In this document: in pieces, positions 37,269 through 47,900 of the stretch | Position numbering within the stretch: the stretch's first letter is position 1 | Layout of the letters: every line of letters begins with the position of its first letter | From: Thermoplasmata archaeon | GTDB lineage: Archaea > Thermoplasmatota > Thermoplasmata > Lutacidiplasmatales > UBA184 | Length of the DNA: 64,000 nucleotides | NCBI GenBank assembly: GCA_028864975.1 | Contig: JAGWLG010000003.1 | Span: 1-64,000, forward strand | Direction: 5' to 3' | Notes under the pieces: model-generated | Told to the model about the DNA's origin: nothing | What the model saw: the letters and a program-made list of their open reading frames with translations, nothing else | Databases searched by the model: none | Made by a program: the position numbers and the translations under genes

Positions 37269-37727
37269 CTATAGTTCGTCGTCAGGGCCCTCCTCGGACC
37301 ATTCCGGGGGGGGCGGCGGGCGCGGGGCGAGCCCCTGAGCGCGGGGGGCGGGACCCACCCCCATCTCGAGAAGCTCGCGGGCGCTCAGGCGGATGAGATA
37401 GGCACCCGAGGCGAACCGCCGGATGAACCGCCGCTGGGGATCGCCCTCGAGCGCGAGGGTGTAGCCTCCGGTGCGTTCACGTGAACGGGTCCAGGCGAGA
37501 CCTGTGGTGCTCCAGCGCTCCAGGACCCCTCGAAGGAAGGTCTCGAGCCCTTCCCCCGGACCCTTGCTGAGCAGCGCGCAACGGTTCACACCGTCCCCGT
37601 CCGGCTCGAGGAAGGTGACGGACGCCCACCTCGACGGGGGGGAAACGGGAGCCGTGGGGCGGATCCGGACCCGGGGGCTCTGAGCGACCACGGTCCAGGC
37701 GACGGTAGGTGGGGCCCCGCCGGTCAT
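37269..37727 (-). CDS. Hypothetical protein (152 aa)
   Basis: Protein-like alternating beta/alpha sequence; ATGA overlap with the upstream ORF. Confidence 0.5.
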   Translation of the reverse strand: MTGGAPPTVAWTVVAQSPRVRIRPTAPVSPPSRWASVTFLEPDGDGVNRCALLSKGPGEGLETFLRGVLERWSTTGLAWTRSRERTGGYTLALEGDPQRRFIRRFASGAYLIRLSARELLEMGVGPAPRAQGLAPRPPPPPEWSEEGPDDEL

Positions 37728-38119
37728 GGTGCCTGCCTCCCTCGACCTCCAAGGTCCCCCGAGCGCTCGACAGCGTTCGCGAGGGCGAGGCGCACGAGAC
37801 CCAGGGTCCGCATGTACGCAGGGAGGACCTTCCCGTCGACCGCGCCCGCCCTCCATGTCCGGACCATGTGGTCCAACTGCTCATGGAGGAATGGAGAGAC
37901 CGTCCTCGCCCGGCAGACGGAGGTCTCGGGGTCCTCCCCATCCATCGGGCGAGAGCAGGTCGGGCAGAGGACCTGGAAGGCGACCTGGGGGACCGCGGGT
38001 CGAGAGGTCTCACGCTCCTCCGGTCGGGTCCCGTAGTGGGCCGCGTGCATGTTGCGAAACTTCCGCAGCCGCTCCGACTGCGATTCCCGGTCCGGGGGGG
38101 ACCGGATCCAGAACGACAT
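37724..38119 (-). CDS. Hypothetical protein with CxxC...C motif (131 aa)
   Basis: MSFWIRS...LCPTCSRPM...VCR; divergent from the STAND gene. Confidence 0.5.
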   Translation of the reverse strand: MSFWIRSPPDRESQSERLRKFRNMHAAHYGTRPEERETSRPAVPQVAFQVLCPTCSRPMDGEDPETSVCRARTVSPFLHEQLDHMVRTWRAGAVDGKVLPAYMRTLGLVRLALANAVERSGDLGGRGRQAP

Positions 38120-38402
38120 GCTACTCCCCTCCCCAGGGGTAGTTCGGGGATGGGGGTCCCCGCGGAGCTCGGACCTCCTCCGCGCAGGGACCGTCCAGGG
38201 GCTCCCTGGCGGCGTGGTCGTCGAGCTTGGTTCCGCATGTCGCGTTCGTCGCGCTCCACATGCGGAGGGACTTCTCGAGGCGGGGGATAAGCCGCGCCCG
38301 CAGGTATGCACGCGGGCGGTGTTCGGCGGGCGCGCCAAGGTCTAATTACGGGGCTTCCGAATACCATCGCCAGGGGAACGCACCCCGGAGAGGGGCGAGC
38401 GG

Positions 38403-41400
38403 ATGGGCGAAGGGCCGAGGGTGCGAGGCGCGACACCGGGCCTCCCCCTCGTCGGAAGACGGGAGGAGAGGGAACGGCTCACGGAGGCCCTGAGCTCGGC
38501 GAAGGAAGGTCTGGGGGGAGTTCTGGCCGTCGGGGGCCCTGCCGGGATTGGGAAGACCCGGCTACTGCGCTGGATGGAAGGGGAGGCGAGCCGGCTCGGT
38601 TTCGAGGTTCTCTGGGGGTACGGCATGCAGGAGTCGCCCGTGCCGCTGTTCCCCCTGGACCAGATGTTCCAGCGAGGAGGGAACGACCGGGCCCTGCCGC
38701 TTGAGGGAAGCTCGAGGAGCCCTCCCGCGGAGGCGGAACCTCTCCCCCTTGCGGCCCCTTTGGCGTTCTCGGCATCGCCGGCCGACCTGGCCTGGGGGGC
38801 GGCCACATGGGTGGGGCTCGCCGCGGTCGGTGCGGGGGGTACGGCACGACCCCACGACGACCCTTCGGCCGAGCCCTACACGAGCCGCGTGCTCCGCTAC
38901 TTGGAACGCCTCCAACGGGAAAGCCCGCAGCGACCCATGCTGCTGCTCCTGGACGACATGCAGTGGGCCGATGCGGAGACCCTCGTCGCCTTCCAGTTCC
39001 TGGGACGCAGCCTGAGGAAGCTCTCGGTCCTGCTCGTGGCGGCCTACCGCGATGACGAGGCGGCTCCGCCGGGGACCGACGGGGTCGCCCTGGTGGACGT
39101 GCTGGACCGGCTGGAGCGCGAGGGCCATCTGCGCCCCCTGGCCTTGAAGGGGCTCACGTTCTCGGAAGGGCGGAAGCTTGTCGAGGACCTCGTCGGGAGA
39201 CCGCTCGCGGACTCGCAACGGGGGGCCCTGCAGCTCCTGATGCGCCGTTCCAACGGCAATCCCTACTTCCTGCTGGAGATGGTACGTTCGCTCCAATCGG
39301 AAGGCCGGGTGCGGGTCCAAGGGCCCAAGGCGCTTCTCCGCCTCCCCGCCACGACGGACGAGGACGCCGCGGGGACGCCACGCCCGGACAGCGTTCCCCC
39401 CGCGATCGCGAGGCTCCTCCGCTCCCGTCTCGCCTCCGAGCGGCCGGAGCTCCGGGAGGTCATCGATGCGGCGGCCGTCCTGGGTTCGGAGTTCGAGGTC
39501 GCGCCGCTCGCTCATGGTCTTGGGACGAGCCGCGAGTCGGTGGGCACGGTTCTCCTCCAGCTCCATCGCGCCGGGCGCCTCGTGCTGCAGCGACCCGGCG
39601 ACCCCGATAGGTACGCGTTCCAGCACGCTCTGCTCTGGGAGGTGAGCCGTGACGAAGTTCCCTCGGACCGGGCACGCGCGCTCTCCCGCGCGTACGCTGA
39701 CTGGTGGGCGCAGTTCCGCAGCCGTGAGCTCGAGACCATCGCCCGGCTCTACCACGCCGCGGGGGAGCGGACGCCCGGGCTCCCTTGGATCGAGCGGGCG
39801 CTGCGACGTTCGTTCGACGCGGGGACGATGGAGACGACACGTCGGCTCCTCCGTTGGGCCCAGGACCTCTTTCGTGGGGATCCCCAGGGGACCGACGGGT
39901 ACGCTCGGCTCGTCCTCGCGACCGTCCGCCAGCTCTACTTCCGTGGCTCCCTCTGGCAGTGCAGCGACCTCCTCAAGGGCGTGCTCGCCACCGAGCTCTC
40001 GGGCGAGCTTCGCCTCTGGGCCGAGCGATACCTCTCCGAGGCCATCCAGACGACCGACTTCCACGAGGCCCGACGTATCTTGGAGGAGCTCCAGGAAGCT
40101 CAGCTCCGGTCCCCGGAACGCTTCTCCCGTGAGCTCGAGGCCGAGGTCCGGCTCGTGGAAGCGAGCCTCCTCTACCATGAGGACCGCCTGGAGGAAGCCT
40201 CGGCGGCCGCCGAAGCGGCGCTCGAGCGGTTGGGGACCCGGGGAGATGCCTTCCACCGCGCCAAGGCCCTGGAGCACCTCGCGAAGGCCGACATCTACCG
40301 CGGCCGCTACGCGGAAGGGCAGCGACGGCTCGACCAGGCGATCACGCTCGCGGCCGAGTCGGCGGTGCCGCAGTTGCGGATCCGTCTCGCCGGGACCCAG
40401 GGGTCGTTCTTCATGCGGGAGGGGCGGCTCGTGGAGGCGCAGAACGCTTTCGAGCTTCAAGTGGCCCAAGCCCGCGTGCTGGGCCATCTGCCATCCCTCG
40501 TGCAGGCGCTCAACAGCCTCTCCCACGTCCTGGAGAACCGGGCCGACTGGGATGGGGCCTGGAAGGCCGCGGAGGAGGCCCGGCAGCTCGCCGAGCGGCT
40601 CGGCCTCACCCGAGCGGGGGTGGAGGCCCGGGCGAGCCAGGCCGTCGTGCTCGTCGAGATGGGGCGGTGGAGCGAGGCCCTGCCCCGTCTCTCGGACGTC
40701 CGGGACCGAGCGAGCCAGGTCGGCGTCCCCCAGTACGTCACGATCGCGGACCTCCTCGCGCTCGAGGCCCGCGGTGCTCTGGGTGAGGCCAAGGGAGCGT
40801 TGCAGGAGCTCGCGGCCCGAGAGCCCTCGGTCGACCTGACGCTCCCCGACAACCGTGCCCTTTTCCTTCGGATCCGAGGGTTCCTGAGGGTCCAAGTGGG
40901 GGACCGCGAGGGCTCGGAGGAGGACCTCAAGGAAGCTCTCGAGATCTCGGAGCGGGTCCCCCTCAGGATCTCGAGGGCGGGCACGCTCGACGTGATGGTC
41001 CAATGGCAGAGCCGGTTCGGCGATGCGAGGTCCCTGGTGGAGGCACGCGAAAGGGCGGACCGTGCCTTCGCCGAGATCGGGAGCCGCAGGGTCGACCGTT
41101 TCAGCGCCGCCGGCGGGCCACCGCCCGGCCGACACCCGCTCACGCGGCCCGGCCCTTGGGGGGCCCGTGCACGAACGCGAGCGGAGGCTCCGCCCACTCC
41201 CACGCTTTCGACCGCGGCCCCGCTATCTCACCGGATCCTGCAACACCTGGCCGGTCAGGGGGCATGGGCCGGGGCGATCGAGCATGCCCCCCGGGTCCCG
41301 CCGTCGATCACCCAGGAGGGGTTCGGCCAAGCGCTGGGAGTGTCCCAGGGCAGCTTCGCGAAGGCCTTGGTCCGCCTGGAGGAGCGAGGGCTCGTACGCC

Positions 41401-41528
41401 ATCTCTCGGCCCACGTGGAAGGGGGAGGTCGTCGGAGGCTGGCCTACTACCTCACGCCGCAGGGGGAGAGCGTCGCTCGAGAGATCCAGCCCGACCTCTC
41501 CGAGGTGCGGGCATCGCTCCCCCGATAG
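38403..41528 (+). CDS. STAND-class AAA ATPase with TPR-like helical region and C-terminal winged helix
   Basis: Walker A GPAGIGKT, Walker B LLLLDDMQWAD, GNPYFLLEM, YAFQHALL. The C-terminus has ITQEG...ALGVSQ...L.RLEERGLV...YYLTPQG. Confidence 0.88.
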   Translation: MGEGPRVRGATPGLPLVGRREERERLTEALSSAKEGLGGVLAVGGPAGIGKTRLLRWMEGEASRLGFEVLWGYGMQESPVPLFPLDQMFQRGGNDRALPLEGSSRSPPAEAEPLPLAAPLAFSASPADLAWGAATWVGLAAVGAGGTARPHDDPSAEPYTSRVLRYLERLQRESPQRPMLLLLDDMQWADAETLVAFQFLGRSLRKLSVLLVAAYRDDEAAPPGTDGVALVDVLDRLEREGHLRPLALKGLTFSEGRKLVEDLVGRPLADSQRGALQLLMRRSNGNPYFLLEMVRSLQSEGRVRVQGPKALLRLPATTDEDAAGTPRPDSVPPAIARLLRSRLASERPELREVIDAAAVLGSEFEVAPLAHGLGTSRESVGTVLLQLHRAGRLVLQRPGDPDRYAFQHALLWEVSRDEVPSDRARALSRAYADWWAQFRSRELETIARLYHAAGERTPGLPWIERALRRSFDAGTMETTRRLLRWAQDLFRGDPQGTDGYARLVLATVRQLYFRGSLWQCSDLLKGVLATELSGELRLWAERYLSEAIQTTDFHEARRILEELQEAQLRSPERFSRELEAEVRLVEASLLYHEDRLEEASAAAEAALERLGTRGDAFHRAKALEHLAKADIYRGRYAEGQRRLDQAITLAAESAVPQLRIRLAGTQGSFFMREGRLVEAQNAFELQVAQARVLGHLPSLVQALNSLSHVLENRADWDGAWKAAEEARQLAERLGLTRAGVEARASQAVVLVEMGRWSEALPRLSDVRDRASQVGVPQYVTIADLLALEARGALGEAKGALQELAAREPSVDLTLPDNRALFLRIRGFLRVQVGDREGSEEDLKEALEISERVPLRISRAGTLDVMVQWQSRFGDARSLVEARERADRAFAEIGSRRVDRFSAAGGPPPGRHPLTRPGPWGARARTRAEAPPTPTLSTAAPLSHRILQHLAGQGAWAGAIEHAPRVPPSITQEGFGQALGVSQGSFAKALVRLEERGLVRHLSAHVEGGGRRRLAYYLTPQGESVAREIQPDLSEVRASLPR

Positions 41529-41997
41529 CTGGGGTCGGGCCCTGGAAACCTCCGACGGACCTTCCCTCCGACGAGGCTCCCGCCCCCCGTGAGGCCGCAT
41601 ATCTGCGGTCTCCGTTGAACTCCCGCTCCGCCGTTGGGAGGACCGATGATGTGGTCGGCAGGAGACGCTTTCGCCACCGACGGTCCTCACGTTCCCGACG
41701 GCGCTCCCGAGGGCGCGGGCTCTCCCAAGGAGGCGGCAGGTGCCAAATACCGGGTCAGCGGTTCCTATACGGGGGTGGGAAGCCTGCACTCGTGTGCGCG
41801 TGCGCCCGACCTGCGGGTGCACTTCGCCCAACCCCACCGAAGGAAGGACCGCGAAATCTCTTGGCGCCGCGTGAACCGGTGCTACGTGAGACCGGGATCC
41901 CGAAGCCGAGCTCGGGAAGGTCCCCACCGCGTCGGAACGGACCCTCCGGCGCGAGCGCCCTCGTGAAGTCCCACTCACATCGTTCCAGGGTGAGAAC

Positions 41998-44900
41998 ATG
42001 AGCAGACCGAGTCCGTGTGCAGCCTTCGAGGGGTCGATCCGATCGTCAGGTCCGAGAAGGGGGGCGACCGAGCGGTCGCCCGGCATGATCCTCGCCCTGG
42101 GACTGGCGCTCCTTCCCCTTCTCGGCCAACCGCTCTTCCCTGCCGCTCAGTCCCCGCCTGCGGAGGTGGCCCATGACCTGCCCACGGTAGGGTCGGACCC
42201 ACCCTCCGCTAGGGCGGCAGCGCAGGGGTCCACGGTTCCGTCCCTCCCGAGCGGCCCAGGGTCCGAGGTGGGGCCAGGGAACGGTACGCAGCGCAACCTC
42301 GCCCCCGGAGGGAACATGGGGGGAGAAGGTCGCGGGACCTCCCCGCTCGTTCCGGGAGCGACCCCGATCTCGGCGAAGGCCCCTCCCGCCCGGTCTTCTC
42401 CGAAGGCGGGGACCGTGCGAGGCCCGCTGACCGTGCCGGACGGGGCCTCGCTCCTCGCCCAGGCCGAGAGCTCTCTGGGCGGGGGCGCAGGCCCGGCCCA
42501 AGGTCAGACCCTCTCCTGCGAGCCCGTCCACGTCGGAGGGAGCGCAGCCTGCTCCTCCTCCCGAGCCGTCCTCTCCCCCAAGCTCCCCGACGGCGCGAGC
42601 ACCCCCTCCTGGACCGAGACCGTGGTGCCGCCTCAGCGCAGCGGCGCGGCGATGGTGTACGACGCGGCCGACGGTTACGTCCTGCTCTACGGCGGGTCGA
42701 ACGCCCAGTCCTCGACCTTGACCGACACCTGGAAGTTCCTGGGCGGGGTCTGGACCCCCCTGTCCCCCTCGACCTACCCCTCTGCGAGGACGGAGGAGAG
42801 CATGACCTATGACAGTGTGGACGGGTACGTCCTGCTGTTCGGGGGGCTCTACGGGAGCTCGACCTACCTCGGGGATACGTGGAAGTTCGTGGGAGGCAGC
42901 TGGACGCAGTTGTGCTCGAGCTGCACCATCACCGCGAGGGAGGGAGCGGCGATGGCGAACGACACGGCCGATGGCTATGTCGTGCTCTTTGGGGGATACA
43001 ACGGGGGATACCTCGCGGACACCTGGAAGTTCACTGGGGTTTCCTGGACGGCGCTCTCGCCACCGACCTCGCCCCCGGCCCGGGCGTACGCCGCCATCAC
43101 CTACGATGAGGGCGACAAGTACGTGGTCGCGTACGGAGGGTACGGCCCAAGTCTCCTCGGTGACACCTGGGAGTTCTTCGGGGGTTCCTGGACGGAGATC
43201 TGCAGCGGCCTGACCTGCCCGCTCACGGCGCGCGCCGCTCCCGGCATGGCGTACGATGAGGTCGATCGCCATGTGGTACTGTTCGGGGGCTCACGGGGAG
43301 GCGCGATCTCCGAGACCTGGACGTATGCGGCGGGGACCTGGACCCAGATCTCTCCTGCGACACCGCCCCCGCCCCGGTACCAGATGGGAGCCGCCTACGA
43401 CGCCCAGGACGGCTACGTCCTGCTGTTCGCTGGTGGGGGTCCCCCGGGCTACTTGGGGGACACTTGGACGTTCGCCTCCGGGAGCTGGACGACGCTCCCG
43501 GCCGAGAGTTCCCCTTCGCAGCGCCAGGACGCGAGCTTGACGTACGACGCGGCGGACGGGTACGTCCTGCTCTTCGGGGGGTACACCCGCGTGGACGGCA
43601 TGGGAGGATACAACTTCGTTCTGAGCGACACCTGGAAGTTCGTCGCCGGGGGATGGACCGAGCTCTACCCCACGAGCTGGCCGGCGGGGCGTTGGGGCGC
43701 CGCCATGGCGTACGATGCGGCGGATGGATACGTGGTCCTGTACGGGGGTTACAACAGCAGCGGCCTCGGAATGTACTACGATGACACCTGGAAGTACCTC
43801 GCGGGATCCTGGACCCAGCTCTGCCTAGGCTGCGGACCCCGTGACGAGTACAGCTCGTTCACGTTCGATACCATCGACAACTACCTGGTGGCGTTCGGTG
43901 GCACCACGGGGGGACCCCTCCAGGGGACCTGGAAGTTCTCGGGGGGTGTGTGGAGCACGCTCGGCCCTGCATCCTCCCCTACAGCCCGCTGGGGGGCGGC
44001 GATGGCCTACGACCCCGTGGACCACTACGTCCTCCTTTTCGGAGGGTACGATGGCACCACCTACGACGGTGACACCTGGAAGTTCCTCGGTGGGCAGTGG
44101 ACCTCGCTCGGGCCTTCCCCGGTCCCCTCCGCGCGTCAAGGAGCGAGCATGGTCGGCGATCCGGCCGATGAGTACGTGGTGCTCTTCGGGGGGACGACAG
44201 GCGCGGGACCTCTCAGCGACACCTGGAAGTGGGCCGGGAACGCCTGGACCGCCTGGTCGCCCTCCACCTCCCCGCCTCCGCGGTTCAACGGCGCGATCGC
44301 CGACGATGTGGCGGACGGGTACGTCGTACTCTTCTCGGGGGACGACGGGACGACCCTGGGTGACACGTGGGAGCTCACCCTCCCGCCGCCCACCGTCTCG
44401 GCGCCTACGCCCAGCCAGGCCGCGGCGGACGTGGGCCAGACCTTCTCCTTCAGCGCGACAGCGAACGGCGGGACGGGGACCTACCCCACCTACACGTGGA
44501 CCCAATCCTCGGTGAACCTTGGCTGCACGCTCGTTAGCGCGCCCTCCATATCATGCACGCCCACCGTCGTCGGCACCTCCTACACCGTCTCGGTCTCCGT
44601 GACCGACTCCGCCGGACGCAGCTCGAGCGTTGCGACCTCGGCCGCTTACACCGTGGACGCCGACCCGACAGTGAGCGTTCCGACAGGAAGCCCCTCCTCG
44701 GGGGGGATCGACAGCGGCGAGACCGTCACCTTCAGCGCCACCTCCACCCCCGGATCGGGCGGGGACACCTATGTCTGGAACAATCTGCCTACGGGGTGTC
44801 TTTCCTCGAGCACGCTCTCGCTGCCCTGCGATCCCGGCACCATGGCCGCGAACGCCACGTTCCTAGTCTCCGTCACGATCAAGGACTCGAACGGCTTCTC

Positions 44901-47900
44901 CGTCACGGGGGGGCAGCTCAGCTACCTCGTCCACCCGGCCCCTTCGCCGAGGGTCCCCCTGGCCTCTCCTGGGAGCGGGGGCGTGGACGATGGACAGACG
45001 GTCACGTTCAGCACGGGCGCGACGCTCGGCACCGGGAGCTACACCCTCTGGTCCTGGTCCGGCCTTCCCGGTTGCACGGGGGCGAACGCCCCCGTGCTGA
45101 GCTGCCCGACGAGCGGGGTCGTGACGAACACCACGTTCACGGTCGCGGTCACGGTCACGGACTCGAACGGGGCCACCGGGACGGCGAGCCTGTCGTACCT
45201 GGTCCATCCGGACCCGGCCGTTACCGTCCCTGCGGGCACCCCGAGCTCGGTCGACAGCGGAGGGACGGTCTCCTTCAGCGAGGTCGCCACCTTAGGGAGC
45301 GGGAGCTACTCGTGGGCCTGGTCGGGCCTGCCGTCCTCTTGCACTTCCCAGGACCTCCGGGTCCTCCCGTGCACCCCCACCGGGGTCGTCGCGAACACCA
45401 CCTTCACAATCACGGCAACCGTGACGGACTCGAACGGGGGGAGCGCGACTAGCTCATCGCTCCTTTACACGGTGGACGCCGACCCTGCGGCGAAGGTCCC
45501 GGTCGCCTCCTCCGCCAGCGGGGCGGTGGACAGCGGCCAGGCGGTCGTCTTCAGCACCGGAGCGACGCTCGGGACGGGGTCGTACACCACGTGGGGATGG
45601 AGCGGGCTACCGGGATGCCCGTCGTCCAACACGCCGGTGTTGAGCTGCCTGACGGGTGGGGTCATTTCGAACACGACCTTCACGGTCACCGTCACGGTCA
45701 CCGACTCGAACGGAGGGAGCGGAAGCGCCTCCCTCTCCTACCTCGTCCACCCCGCACCGGTCCCGAGCGGGATCTCCGCGTCCCCCACGAGCGGGGGCGT
45801 GGACAACGGCCAGACCTTGACCTTGAGCAGCGGGGCCTCTCTGGGCACAGGCAGCTACACGACGTGGACATGGTCGGGGCTTCCCGGGTGCGCCCCCGCG
45901 AACTCCCCGGTGCTGAGCTGTTCGGCGAGCGGCGTGGTCGCGAACACCTCCTACACGATCTCGCTCGTGGTGACGGACTCGAACGGCGGGACGGGAACGA
46001 CCTCGCTCGTGTACGTGGTGCATCCGGACCCCTCGGTCTCCGCCCCTGTGGGGTCCACGTCGTCGGTCGATAGTGGCCAATCGGTCGCGTTCAGCGCTCT
46101 GGCGACCTTGGGCACGGGGAGCTACACGTGGAGCTGGTCGGGGCTCCCGACCTCCTGCTCGTCCCAGGACCTCCGGGTCCTCCCCTGCGTCCCCACAGGG
46201 CTCGCCGTGAACACCACGTTCTCCATCACGGTCTCGGTCCGGGACTCGAACGGGGGGGGCGCCTCGAGCACCTCGTTGTCCTACACCGTGGAGGCCGACC
46301 CCTCTCCCCAGGGCCCGGTCGCCGCCCCCGTCAGTGGGGGGGTCGACAGCGGTCAGACGGTCGTCTTCAGTTCCGGGGGGACCCTGGGGACGGGTTCCTA
46401 CTCCTCGTGGAGCTGGTCCGGTCTCCCGGGATGTCCGAGCTCGAGCTCGCCGGTCCTCTCCTGCACCACCAGCGGGGTGGTGGCGAACACCTCCTACACG
46501 GTGGTCGTGACCGTGACCGACTCGAACGGAGGGAGCGGAATGGCCTCCCTCGTCTATCTTGTCCTTGCGGCCCCGCTCCCGAAGGTCCCCTCGGCCTCCC
46601 CGTCGAGCGGTGGCGTGGACGACGGCCAGACCGTGACCTTCAGCACGGGGGCCACGCTGGGCACGGGGAGCTACTCGTTCTCCTGGTCCGGGCTCCCAGG
46701 GTGCGCGAGCGCGAACACCCCGGTGCTGACGTGCACCACGAGCGGTGTCGCGTTGAACACCACGTTCAGCATCGTGGTCGTCGCGACCGATACGAACGGA
46801 GGGTCGGGAAGCGCCTCGCTCTTCTACCTGGTGCACCCGGACCCCGTGGCGAGGGCCCCCTCGGCGACGCCTCCGAGCGGAGGCGCGGATGAGGGGCAGA
46901 CCGTGACGTTCGACTCGGGGGCCACGCTAGGCACCGGCGTCTACTCGTCGTGGAGCTGGTCGGGCCTTCCCGGATGCGCGAGCGCGAACGCTCCCGTCGT
47001 GACCTGCGCGGTGAGCGGCGTCTCCGCCAACACGACCTTCACGGTCGCCGTGACGGTGGTCGATTCGGACGGAGGGAGCGCTACGGCCTCCCTTTCGTAC
47101 CTGGTACACGCCCTCCCGGTGGCCGCGGTGCCGGTGGCCTCTCCCGGCAGCGGCGCGGTGGACGACGGGCAGACCCTCGTGTTGACCACGGGCGCGACGC
47201 AGGGTACGGGGGCCTACTCCCTGTGGAGCTGGTCGGGGCTTCCCGGGTGCGCGAGCGTGAACGCTCCGACGCTCAGCTGCACCACGGCCGGCGTCTCGGC
47301 GAACACCACGTACACCATCTCGGTCACCGTCACGGATTCGAACGGGGGGTCGGGGAGTGCTTCGCTCTCTTACCTGGTCCACCCCGCCCCGGCTCCGAAG
47401 GCGATCTCGGCCTCCCCGGCCAGCGGAGGCGTGGACGCGGGGCAGACGGTGGTGTTCGGCTCGGGCGCTTCGCTGGGTACGGGGGCCTACACGGCGTGGA
47501 CGTGGTCAGGGCTCCCGGGCTGCACGAGCGCGAACCTCCCCGTGCTCAGCTGCACGACCGGAGGTCTCGCCGTGAACACCAGCTACACGGTCCAGATCTC
47601 CGTCCTGGACTCCAACGGCGGCTCGGGCGTGGCCACACTGGTCTATCTCGTCCTGGCGGACCCGGTGGCGAAGGTCCCGGTCGCCGCCCCCGTCAGCGGG
47701 GGGGTGGACAACGGGCAGACCGTGACTTTCAACGCAGGGGCCACGCAGGGCTCGGGGAGCTACACGACCTGGTCGTGGTCCGGTCTCCCCGGTTGCTCCG
47801 GGGCGAACTCCCCCGTGCTGAGCTGCGCGACCGCAGGGGTCGCCTCGAACACGACCTTCACCGTCGCGGTCACCGTCTCGGACTCCAACGGCGGGTCCGG

